Position numbers and translations under genes: made by a program
Part shown: one piece after another, positions 1 through 8,558 of the stretch
How the letters are laid out: each line of letters begins with the position of its first letter
Numbering within the stretch: position 1 is the stretch's first letter
From: Syntrophales bacterium
GTDB taxonomy: Bacteria; Desulfobacterota; Syntrophia; Syntrophales; UBA2210
Direction of reading: 5' to 3'
NCBI GenBank assembly: GCA_963662405.2
Contig: CAXXKT010000002.1
Span: forward strand, 194,484-258,483
Length of the DNA: 64,000 nt
The notes under the pieces: model-generated
The model's database searches: none
Told to the model about the DNA's origin: nothing
Seen by the model: the letters and a program-made list of their open reading frames with translations, nothing else

Positions 1-367
1 AGATATGGACCTTGTGATTCAGTTTCGCTACCTGAATCCCTTTACTGAACCCTCCATACACTGCGAAAGGAACGACTTCTGTCTTGAGCGCTATTTTATG
101 TATCTCATCAACATACTGGAGACATAATTCACGAGTCGGAACGATCACGAGGGCCTGGAGGGCGTTGAGGGTTGTATCAACCTTCTGAATAAGCGGGATC
201 GCACAGGCAGCCGTCTTGCCGGAACCGGTCTCTGCAAGGGAACACAGATCCACGCCGGCGGAAATAACCGGATACGACGCCTCCTGAATGGGCGTCATTT
301 CATCGTACCCCATATTCACGATTGCTTCGAAGATTGTGGGGGGAAGGTTTAATTCGCTGAATTTCAT
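1..367 (-). CDS. DEAD-box ATP-dependent RNA helicase, N-terminal part (gene runs off the left edge)
   Basis: Hand translation of the minus strand from the ATG at 365-367 gives MKFSELNLPPTIFEAIVNMGYDEMTPIQEASYPVISAGVDLCSLAETGSGKTAACAIPL...VIVPTRELCLQ. The Q-motif (TPIQ), motif I (AETGSGKT) and motif Ia (PTREL) are present. It is absent from the ORF track because no stop lies inside the window. Confidence 0.85.
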   Translation of the reverse strand, partial: MKFSELNLPPTIFEAIVNMGYDEMTPIQEASYPVISAGVDLCSLAETGSGKTAACAIPLIQKVDTTLNALQALVIVPTRELCLQYVDEIHKIALKTEVVPFAVYGGFSKGIQVAKLNHKVHI

Positions 368-945
368 GTACTGGCTCTCATCGGGAGGTACTATACCTGA
401 TCATATTCCATTTATCAACATAATTATCGGACCCGAAGTATCGTCCGCCTAAACCATAAAAAAGACATTCCATTACAAAGAGTTATGAATAAGAAGCCCT
501 TTCTGATCATACCGTCCCCATGAACATCAGCTCCGCATGGGAGATGTCTCCATCCGTCATAGACTGAATACTCATACCCATCTTCGGGTCCCAGTCGATC
601 CGATCTCAGATCCGGCGAATCGATTCCTCGTCACCGGCACCCCCTGTGACATATACCCCGTCAGTATAGTTTCTCCCCGGCGACCATTTCGAATCGCATG
701 TATTGAATAGCGACACACCTGACCTTCCTTCCCGGAATGATTTTACCGCGACGGAGGTTTCATGTAACAACTCCGCAGGCACGATGGTTTCACGAAACAG
801 GGCAAGGCGCAGCTCTTCCTCGATGTCGGGAGATCGCATGGCCAGGTCCCTTTGTTTGACACTGCAGCAGACTTGACCCGATAGTACGTTTGCCTTTTGA
901 TGCCGTTGGGCCCCTTTCGGAGGAATATCTTGTATAACGCAATAT

Positions 946-2062
946 GTGATACCCCCTTCCGATCTGGGAGTGTTCTTTCAACCCAAGAGTATCGCCGATA
1001 TCGGCGTCCCCCGGAGAGTCTCCACCTTCGGGCAAATGAGTTTCCCGGATCACTTTCTCATGGGGCCGAGGTGGATGGTGCCCTCCTGCCCGTCCGAAAG
1101 CTGACAGCAGGGAGGACCATCCCGGGAAAGGAGAATCCTGCCGGCATTATCTCTTGAAGCGGTGGCATCAGACAGCGGCTGACCGGGCAGGTCTCCTCCC
1201 TGGGGATGGAATCGGAAAAACAGCCACCATCGGGAATACTATTGTTCTTGAATGCACCGGTTTTATTGAACATATGGCCGGCGATAAAGATATCAATCTC
1301 ATCGCGATGTATCTGGAGAGTGTCCGGGATGGGAGGTGTTTCTTCCGTCTTACACGAACCCTCTCTCCCCGGGAACCTACTATTCCCCTCAAAGGGGGAG
1401 AGACAGCGGTCGGGGCTGCAATGGTAGTCTCCCATACGGGGAAATATAGGGGGGAATCGGCATCTTTAAAATTTTTATTTACAACGACCGGCGTCACACC
1501 CGTATCCTATGCATCAACGAGTGGGCCGATGCGATACTGGCCTTTCCATACCTTCCGAAGACGGGGGAGACAGTCTCTTCATCTTCCAGACGGCACCGTC
1601 AGAGAGGGTTTTACCATCCCACCGCTTTCACGACAGGGCATGGAGAAGATCAAACCCATCGTTCCTCCGGCGGGAAACAGTACCGGCAATCATCTTGATC
1701 TCTGGGAATCATTCAGAAACGCAAACCGCCTGTGTGATCTTCTCAATACGGTGTCGCGTGACCCCCAGATTCATATGGTGATCGTTGATCGTCCGCTCCC
1801 GCGAATCGGCTTTCACCGCGCCGAGATACCCGATCCGGCCCCCCGGATTATCGATTTTATCCGTACCTATAAGGAACCGAAACCAACCGTCTTCACCGTC
1901 GACTATGACGGAGACGACCGTGACCTAAGCACGAAGGGCACAGCACTCAGACAGAGATTCTATGAAGCGGCAACTCCCGCCTACCCTTCTTTTGAACGAG
2001 GGATCCGCGCGGTTTTACCTTTAGGAAATACCCCCATCATCTGGCGAATAGACCATGAAAGA
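946..2062 (+). pseudogene. Decayed remnant of an NDP-forming acyl-CoA (acetyl-CoA) synthetase alpha region
   Basis: Successive pieces sit in three different + frames. About 946-1100: FFQPKSIADIGVPRRVSTFG (compare FNPKSIAVIGAS..GK.G). About 1060-1157: EVDGALLPVRKL..GKENPAGIIS (compare VDLAVI.VPA...G.KG...IIS). 1154 to about 2060: GIGKTATIGN..FIEHMAGDKDINLIAMYLESVRDGRCF, PLKGGETAVGAAMVVSHTG (phospho-His loop), VPPAGNSTGNHLDL and TPAYPSFERGIRAV. There are at least two frame changes, roughly 90 residues are missing between the IIS and GIG blocks, and there is no stop before the frame runs antisense into the GNAT gene. Boundaries are approximate. Confidence 0.45.
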
Positions 2063-2845
2063 TCAACACCTTTTCGCGAGGGCGTAGACCCGATAATTGT
2101 AAGGATTAGTAAATCCGAGACGTTCATAGACCGGCCTTCCCATCTTGGTCGCCTGAAGGCTTGCAATTGTGCACCCTTTATCCCTCCCCACCAGGACGGC
2201 ATGACGAGTCATCGCCGCACCGAAACCGTGTCTCCGGTATTTATCGAGAGTGGCGACCCAGTATATTCCCGCGATTGGTCCGGTCTTTATCAGCATCGAT
2301 GTGGATGCGGGTTTGCCGTTGACATACCCGATAAAAAGCTCGGTATCGGGAAGAGCGCATACCCGTTCAGTGATCAGCAAGGGCCCAACCTTGTTGGGAA
2401 AAGAGAAGCCGGCTGCGACCGTTTCCTGGAAGTGGACCAGTTCTTCGGGGGTAACAACTCTCTTAATAACCAGGGGGGTCCCCTCCTCGCTTTTCACGAC
2501 CAGATCGGACAGGGTCATCACCGCCTCGGGATCGATTTCTTCATATCCCCTCTCCTTCAACAGAGGTGCATATCCACCTTCCAATCCCGGGCTGAATAGG
2601 ACACGAAAAGGAAGACCACGGGATTCGAAGAACTGTTCCCATTTTCGGACCACTTTTTCCGGCTTCGAAGCTTTCCTCTTAACGAATACGATGTTGTATA
2701 ACTTGTTGGGAACCCCGGTGCTCACCATCCCGATATTGTAGCTATCGAGAAACTCGCCGAGAACGGAATTCGACATCAAAAGCCCCATGGAAAGCAGACA
2801 ATTATGGTCTATTAATTGTTGTTGTTTATTTATGTCAGACACCAT
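2063..2845 (-). CDS. GNAT family N-acetyltransferase
   Basis: 260-aa ORF. The C-terminal half has the GNAT acetyl-CoA motif A (YRRHGFGAAMTRHAVLVGRDKG) followed by PVYERLGF. Confidence 0.8.
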   Translation of the reverse strand: MVSDINKQQQLIDHNCLLSMGLLMSNSVLGEFLDSYNIGMVSTGVPNKLYNIVFVKRKASKPEKVVRKWEQFFESRGLPFRVLFSPGLEGGYAPLLKERGYEEIDPEAVMTLSDLVVKSEEGTPLVIKRVVTPEELVHFQETVAAGFSFPNKVGPLLITERVCALPDTELFIGYVNGKPASTSMLIKTGPIAGIYWVATLDKYRRHGFGAAMTRHAVLVGRDKGCTIASLQATKMGRPVYERLGFTNPYNYRVYALAKRC

Positions 2846-3347
2846 CTGAAATATTCCCCTTGATTCGATATGATAAAAAGGTTACCAGAAATGGCAGGTG
2901 AACAAATTCCTTCGTCTCGCCCTCGGCAAATCCTATCCTCCGATACCACTCCTTCAGTTCCGCCTGTGCGGCGATGATTCCGATCCCTACCCGACAATCG
3001 TTGCCCACACACCTTGCCTGCGCCAGGACATGCTCGACCAGTACCCTTCCCAGGCCGCACCGCCGCCGCTCAGGGAGAACCGCAAGACGCTCGAGATAGA
3101 ACTCCTCAATATTCGCCTGCTCAAAGGCCACACATCCCAGGGCCTCATCGCCATCATCGAGGACATAATATGTAACGCCACGCTCCATATCGCCTTGCAC
3201 CCGCTCAGCGATGCAATTTGAGGGATGACGGGGGCAATTCTCCGGAGTCAGGCTGAAGCGATCCGCCACGTCCCGAAAGGATGCGCGGATAATCCCTGTG
3301 AGGATATCGATATCTTCCCACCCACACGTCCGTATTGTATAATTCAT
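2835..3347 (-). CDS. GNAT family N-acetyltransferase
   Basis: 170-aa ORF with motif A (ERRRCGLGRVLVEHVLAQAR) and WYRRIGF. Its 3' end overlaps the start of the downstream GNAT by 11 nt. Confidence 0.85.
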   Translation of the reverse strand: MNYTIRTCGWEDIDILTGIIRASFRDVADRFSLTPENCPRHPSNCIAERVQGDMERGVTYYVLDDGDEALGCVAFEQANIEEFYLERLAVLPERRRCGLGRVLVEHVLAQARCVGNDCRVGIGIIAAQAELKEWYRRIGFAEGETKEFVHLPFLVTFLSYRIKGNISDGV

Positions 3348-3418
3348 ACTTGGTATTGTGCTCCCGTTTTCAAGAACACGCGGGACGCTCTTTTGCTTTT
3401 CCCCAGGACCGAGCAGGT

Positions 3419-3568
3419 TCAGTTGTGCAACCAGGAATCCGCAATTGCATCTATGCGACTCGCCTTCGTATTCAGATAGGGAATCCCTTCGTACGCTTCT
3501 TCAGCAAGAATCAACGGCAGTTCAGTACATCCAAGGATAATGCCTTTTATTGATTCATTGTCTCTCAT
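3419..3568 (-). pseudogene. C-terminal fragment of an aspartate/glutamate-type racemase (49 codons)
   Basis: Hand translation gives MRDNESIKGIILGCTELPLILAEEAYEGIPYLNTKASRIDAIADSWLHN*. The block GIILGCTELPL.. + distal substrate-loop region matches the last ~50 residues of Asp/Glu racemases, which are normally about 230 aa. The upstream ~180 residues are absent, because the thioesterase gene ends at 3632. Confidence 0.45.
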
Positions 3569-3631
3569 CTTTACACTGCATATACCAACAGTAACAACAG
3601 ATGTGACGCTTCAGCCGTTGCGTCCGATCTA

Positions 3632-4147
3632 TTATCGCTTATTATCGCTGGATTCTTGAAGGTCCTGCTGGCAGGCCTTCTCCTTTTGTCTCTCCTCAAG
3701 GCGCATCTTTCTCCGTGCCTTTGCCTCCCGGTTTCGACGAGCCTGCTCATCCGTCTCCAGGATAAGAGAGGGAATCTCAACCGGTCTTCCATCCGGGCCG
3801 AGCGCTACCATGGTCAGATATGCTGAAGCGGTATGCCGAACCCTGCCGGAGACCAGATTCTCTGTTTGCACCCTGACGCCGACCTCCATGGAGGTTCTCC
3901 CCACCATATTAAGACCCGCCTTGAGGGTCAAGAGGTCTCCGATGAACACGGGGCTGTGAAAATCAAGGCGGTCAATTGATGCCGTAACGGCATTGGCCCG
4001 TGCGTGCCTTACCCCGACGGCACCCGCTGCGGTATCGATCAGTTTCATAATTGAGCCGCCATGCACATTTCCCGCAGGGTTCGCATCGAGGGGATTCATT
4101 ACCTGTGACATGACGACGCTACTTTCACCGACACGTTTTCCTTCCAT
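3632..4147 (-). CDS. Acyl-CoA thioesterase (hotdog fold, YciA/BFIT-like)
   Basis: Matching blocks are VMSQVMNPLDANPAGNVHGGSIMKLIDTAAG and ASIDRLDFHSPVFIGDLLTLKA. The ORF track extends to 4192, but the ATG at 4145-4147 is preceded by GAGAAGG, so I prefer it. Confidence 0.85.
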   Translation of the reverse strand: MEGKRVGESSVVMSQVMNPLDANPAGNVHGGSIMKLIDTAAGAVGVRHARANAVTASIDRLDFHSPVFIGDLLTLKAGLNMVGRTSMEVGVRVQTENLVSGRVRHTASAYLTMVALGPDGRPVEIPSLILETDEQARRNREAKARRKMRLEERQKEKACQQDLQESSDNKR

Positions 4148-4200
4148 AACACACCTTCTCTTTCTCCAGCGAGGCCTTCCGCAGCATAACATGGAACGCC

Positions 4201-6006
4201 TTACTTGAGATAAAATCTTTTTGGATCAAAGATCCGGAGCAGTCTCAATTCATCCCTCCGAGGAGGAGAAATTCTGGCCGGGGTTCCGACCACCTTGAGA
4301 TTCCACCCGCACTGTTCCCTGATATCCCTGACAGCATCTTCTGCAGATGCGAAGCCGGGGGACAGGCAGTATTTCGTCAGAGTGAACTCTTTGTCATTAT
4401 CCAGCTTTTCGAAAACACCCTGCGTGGAGACCAGACTCTTCACACGGGAGCCGGGTGCCGTGACGAACGGAACTTTTTCCAAAAAACGATCTCTCGACTG
4501 CTGCATGATTACCATAGTCTCCGCGGCCCCTGTCGCCACATCATTCGCACCTCCCGAACCGGTGAGATATACATCATTTGTGATCCAACTGGAATTGATA
4601 TTACCAAATTTATCGATTTGCCCCCCTCCAAGGATCCCGATGCACCGGTTCGTGGCCCCGCAGGTGAAGACCCCCAGTGTATCGATCGTTTCGGTCAGTA
4701 TCTTGCAGGTCCCGAAATTGCCGAAATTGAGAAGAAAGGGTTCCGCCGGTCGTGGTAAGGCCCCGAAATACCCCAGTTCCACGAGGAGTTCAACGACATA
4801 ATCATCTTCCCGGAGATGATACTTCGCCAACCAAGCCGCCAGGTTGGCCGTTCCCGCCCCGGCCAACATCGTTCGATACCCGCTGCGCAGGACACGGTCC
4901 CTGATTTCTCGCGCCGCGACGACAACCATTGTTTCGACATTGTTAGCATCTTCACTATCAGATATCGTATCCTCAAGAGCGGCAAATTGTACCCGCCAGG
5001 CATCCCGACCCGCACTTTGTTTCAACTGATTTATCCGGTCATCCCCCAGTTTGGCAATATAGTCCGTGAAGGACGGACAATCGATGACCCATTCCTTGAT
5101 CCATTCATCAAGAGCCCGGGGATCTTTACACAGCCGGTTGAACCGGGTCATGAATTTGTAGTCCTCGGCATACGCCTCAAACCCTTGCATCCCCTGGTCC
5201 CAGACGCCCCCGGGATGCGCCCCGAAGGGTACCACCGATACGGAATTCACCATATATGACGGGAGTTTTACCAAGTGGGCATGCTCTCGTATAAAATCAG
5301 TGGAAACCAACTTCTCCACAGTCACCACGACCCCTCCCCGGCTGGCCTTGGCACCCCAGAGACCCTCGCTGTAGGGAGGAGTCAGGATGGTATTTCCCGC
5401 CCGATCCGCCGCGACGCCGTGTATAATGGAGATATCGGGATTGAGAGCCTTCAGGAGACCGATTTTCCCTCCGCTGCCAAACGGATCGTCGATCACACGG
5501 AAGGAATCCTCATTCACCTCCGCCAGGGAACTTCCGACGAGAGATGTCGTCGGCATCACCTCCAGCCCCAGGGCACCGGCCATCAGCATGAGGGGAAAGG
5601 TCAGGATCGACCAGTCTTCGAGATCGACCTCTTTCGTGGTGTAGGCCTTCTGGCAGATCGGATTCGGGCTGTACCAGGGATAGACATTCCCGGAAAAAGA
5701 GGTGATCACCTTTCCGATCAACCCTAAGTGGAAGAGGAGTATGGCTGTATCCCGAATGCCCCTCATGATGAGGGTGAAACCGGGGCGCTGCCCGTAAAAC
5801 TGCCGGGCGATTTCGAAGATAGCGGCCCCGGAGCAGCAATGGGTGGTGCCGATGTGGATCTTCCCGCCCGGCCGTACATACCGTTCAACTGCGTCCTTCA
5901 GATCAACGACCTTATCCTCGCCCTCATCTTCACCTATTGTAAGGGTACTTGCAATAAGGTTATCAAATCGGCCGATCATGCCTCCTACCCCTCTCCTCAT
6001 TAACAA
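4201..6006 (-). CDS. Fused class I CoA-transferase (subunit A-like plus subunit B-like halves in one polypeptide)
   Basis: 601-aa ORF. The N-terminal half (VVDLKDAVERYVRPGGKIHIGTT..) resembles glutaconate/3-oxoacid CoA-transferase subunit A. The C-terminal half (ETMVVVAAREIRD..MLAGAGTANLAAW) resembles subunit B. The track start is a TTG, and the real start is probably the ATG at 5998-6000 or 5977-5979. Confidence 0.8.
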   Translation of the reverse strand: MLMRRGVGGMIGRFDNLIASTLTIGEDEGEDKVVDLKDAVERYVRPGGKIHIGTTHCCSGAAIFEIARQFYGQRPGFTLIMRGIRDTAILLFHLGLIGKVITSFSGNVYPWYSPNPICQKAYTTKEVDLEDWSILTFPLMLMAGALGLEVMPTTSLVGSSLAEVNEDSFRVIDDPFGSGGKIGLLKALNPDISIIHGVAADRAGNTILTPPYSEGLWGAKASRGGVVVTVEKLVSTDFIREHAHLVKLPSYMVNSVSVVPFGAHPGGVWDQGMQGFEAYAEDYKFMTRFNRLCKDPRALDEWIKEWVIDCPSFTDYIAKLGDDRINQLKQSAGRDAWRVQFAALEDTISDSEDANNVETMVVVAAREIRDRVLRSGYRTMLAGAGTANLAAWLAKYHLREDDYVVELLVELGYFGALPRPAEPFLLNFGNFGTCKILTETIDTLGVFTCGATNRCIGILGGGQIDKFGNINSSWITNDVYLTGSGGANDVATGAAETMVIMQQSRDRFLEKVPFVTAPGSRVKSLVSTQGVFEKLDNDKEFTLTKYCLSPGFASAEDAVRDIREQCGWNLKVVGTPARISPPRRDELRLLRIFDPKRFYLK

Positions 6007-6062
6007 AAGGAGGTTTACACATATCCCCGAAAATTTACAGGCCCGAACCGGCTAGCGACGAT

Positions 6063-7277
6063 TCAGTTTTTCTTCTTTTTACCCTCTGCCGCACCGGCCA
6101 GTTTTTCTTTCAGGATATCGCCAAGCGTTCCCATCGACGTGGGGGTCTTGTGAAGGTATGATCGATAATCATCCTCTTCGCCCATCCCCGGTTCGCTCTC
6201 CCTTTTATCATCCTGTGCCGGCGTCAGAGAGAGTCGCCTTTTTCCGGAATCAACCGATTCGACGGTCACCTCTATCTTCTGTCCCTGTTCCAGAACCTCG
6301 CCGGGATGGTTGAGCCGTTTTCCGCTCCCCAGTTTTGAGATATGAATCAAACCGTCTACACCATCCTCCAGGGTCACGAAGGCACCAAACTTTGCCAGGC
6401 GTGCCACCGAGCCATGGTGGGAAGAACCGACGGGGTATTTCTCCTCAACCCGGTCCCAGGGGTCGGGGAGGGTCGCCTTGAGGCTGAATGAAACCCGGTC
6501 CCGCTCCCAATCCAGGTTCAGAATCGCCACTTCCACCTGCTGGCCAACGGACAGGGCATCATGGATATCATCGACCCGTCCCCATCCGACTTCCGAGATA
6601 GGGAGCAAACCCTGGATACCGCCGATATCGATAAAGGCACCGAAACCTTGAATCGATGCAACCGTCCCGGTGATCCTCATCCCCTCGGAAAGCTGTCCCT
6701 TGAGTGCCTCCTTCTTCTCGCGCTCTTCCGCCTCCAGGATCACCCGATGGGAGAGGATGACATTCCGCCCCCCTTCGCCATACTCGGTAATCATAAAGGA
6801 CATTCGTTCTCCGACATATTCGGAGGAATTCTCGACCCTCCTGAGCCCCATCTGGGAATAGGGGCAGAATGCCCTGGTATCACCGGCGATCCGCACCTGG
6901 AAACCACCCTTTATTTCTCTTTCCACCAGCCCTTCGACGGGAATCTTACTCCCCCAGGCATGGTCAAGAAAGTTCCGCCCCGCCTGACCGGTCGTAATCC
7001 GTGTGGTAAAAAGCATCTCGCCATGCCGCGACGAAAGAAAATACGCCGCGATCGTATCACCTCTCTTGAACGGGAGTTCACCCTCTTCATCGAGAAGTTC
7101 CTTCTTATCCAGGGCCCCTTCGCTCTTACCACCAAGATCCAGGAAGACCCAATCGGATCCGATATCGACGATTCGGGCCTCTATACGCTGTCCCGGCTCC
7201 AACCGCCCGGTTCCCGCCTCGGTTTCCTTCAGGAGTTCTTCAAAGGATCGCTCTTCCTTCTTTTCCTCATTCGTCAT
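6063..7277 (-). CDS. S1 RNA-binding domain protein (four S1 repeats, Lys-rich tail)
   Basis: Four repeats of the S1 pattern are present, for example GQRIEARIVDIGSDWVFLDLGGKSEG, GMRITGTVASIQGFGAFIDIGGIQGLLPISE and HHGSVARLAKFGAFVTLEDGVDGLIHISKL. Confidence 0.85.
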   Translation of the reverse strand: MTNEEKKEERSFEELLKETEAGTGRLEPGQRIEARIVDIGSDWVFLDLGGKSEGALDKKELLDEEGELPFKRGDTIAAYFLSSRHGEMLFTTRITTGQAGRNFLDHAWGSKIPVEGLVEREIKGGFQVRIAGDTRAFCPYSQMGLRRVENSSEYVGERMSFMITEYGEGGRNVILSHRVILEAEEREKKEALKGQLSEGMRITGTVASIQGFGAFIDIGGIQGLLPISEVGWGRVDDIHDALSVGQQVEVAILNLDWERDRVSFSLKATLPDPWDRVEEKYPVGSSHHGSVARLAKFGAFVTLEDGVDGLIHISKLGSGKRLNHPGEVLEQGQKIEVTVESVDSGKRRLSLTPAQDDKRESEPGMGEEDDYRSYLHKTPTSMGTLGDILKEKLAGAAEGKKKKN

Positions 7278-7428
7278 GCGTCTCTTGTCACCTCTACAGT
7301 ATTTACCGTGGTCACATACTATATCGCCGCTTTTTTTGAAACAATAAAAAGGGCAGGCCCCCTCTTGACAAAAAGGACGGGGTCACACCCTGAGATGCAA
7401 CCCCGGAATATCGGACCGTCTCGCCGTA

Positions 7429-7755
7429 CTACGGCCGCCTCGGAAACCGGCCCCCTTTGAACAGGATATAGCCCCCCAAGATGATCAGGAGAACCGGAAA
7501 GATGTATTTCCCCCAATTCTGCACCTCGGGATAAAAATTTTTCATCACGAAGAATCCGACACCGGCGGCCCCGATGATCCATGCACCGACATCCCTGAAA
7601 CGCTGGGCAAGCATGGTGACGGCGATCACGATGAACAGGATCGGCCAGCTCTTATCGAACCCGTATATATCACTGTTGCTCAGGACCAAGAGAATACCGA
7701 GCGTAATCAGGATAACGGCACCGATGACCCCTCGTATTTTTCCTTCTGTTCTCAC
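7429..7755 (-). CDS. Small integral membrane protein (about 4 TM segments), function unknown
   Basis: 108-aa hydrophobic ORF directly upstream of, and co-directional with, the S1 gene and downstream of the SPFH gene. The call rests on coding and hydrophobicity pattern only. Confidence 0.55.
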   Translation of the reverse strand: MRTEGKIRGVIGAVILITLGILLVLSNSDIYGFDKSWPILFIVIAVTMLAQRFRDVGAWIIGAAGVGFFVMKNFYPEVQNWGKYIFPVLLIILGGYILFKGGRFPRRP

Positions 7756-7786
7756 GGCACACCCCCTTCGTGGTTATTGCGTTGCA

Positions 7787-8539
7787 TCAATCCTTCTTTG
7801 TAATTTCCATAAAGGGCTTGAACAGGTCGATCGGTATGGGGAAAAGGGTCGTCGAGTTATTTTCCGCGGCGACGAGCGCAAGCGTCTGGAGGTACCGGAG
7901 CTGGAGTGCTATGGGCTGCTCCGCCATCATTTTTCCTGCCTCGGTCAACCGCTGAGCGGCCTGGAATTCACCCTCGGCACTGATCACCTTTGCCCGTCTC
8001 TCCCGCTCGGCCTCCGCCTGCTTCGCCATCGCCCGCTGCATCTCCTGCGGGAGATCGATATGCTTCACCTCGACGGTCGAAACCTTGATTCCCCACGGAT
8101 CAGTGCTCCGGTCGAGGATCTCCTGGAGCTGCGTGTTGATCTTTTCTCTCTCCGCGAGGAGTTCGTCCAGCTCGACCTGTCCGCAGACACTCCTCAGGGT
8201 GGTCTGCGCAAGCTGTGAAGTAGCGTAAAGAAAGTTCTCGACCTCAACGACGGCATGGTTTGCCTCCATGACCCTGAAGTAGATTACCGCGTTCACCTTG
8301 ACGGAGACATTATCTCGCGTTATGACATCCTGCGGAGGAACATCCATCGTAATAATCCTCATATCCACCTTCACCATCCGATCTATGACAGGGATCAGGA
8401 TGATAAGGCCGGGGCCCTTGGTGGCGATGATTCGTCCCAGGCGAAAGATCACGCCGCGCTCGTACTCGTTGAGGATCCGGATCGAGGCCGCCAGAAACAG
8501 CACCACGAGGACAACAACGGTTATTATTGTGTACATCAT
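7787..8539 (-). CDS. SPFH/Band-7 (stomatin-like, slipin) protein
   Basis: An N-terminal TM segment is followed by [42 protein letters not shown] and a coiled-coil [15 protein letters not shown]. Confidence 0.9.
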   Translation of the reverse strand: MMYTIITVVVLVVLFLAASIRILNEYERGVIFRLGRIIATKGPGLIILIPVIDRMVKVDMRIITMDVPPQDVITRDNVSVKVNAVIYFRVMEANHAVVEVENFLYATSQLAQTTLRSVCGQVELDELLAEREKINTQLQEILDRSTDPWGIKVSTVEVKHIDLPQEMQRAMAKQAEAERERRAKVISAEGEFQAAQRLTEAGKMMAEQPIALQLRYLQTLALVAAENNSTTLFPIPIDLFKPFMEITKKD

Positions 8540-8558
8540 ACACCCTCCTCTATATCTT

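Noticed and set aside
529-839. Minus-strand ORF 606-839 that continues in the same frame past a TGA for another ~25 codons (possible selenocysteine or read-through)
   Set aside because: I recognised no protein family, saw no SECIS-like hairpin immediately downstream of the TGA, and the composition is unremarkable. It is most likely non-coding 5' region or decayed sequence.
1058-1435. Minus-strand ORF with a metallophosphoesterase-like GH..-containing string (IDIFIAGHMFNKTGAF...IPDGGCF)
   Set aside because: The resemblance is confined to one short string. It lies exactly antisense to the much stronger YLESVRDGR / GIG...GN synthetase blocks, so it is probably a reverse-complement coincidence.
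1154-2599. 481-aa ORF, the longest unannotated + strand ORF at the left end
   Set aside because: Only its first ~300 codons carry degraded acyl-CoA synthetase similarity. The rest (2063-2599) is the antisense of a GNAT gene with clear motifs. It lacks the family N-terminus in frame. I treat it as a pseudogene tail, not a CDS.
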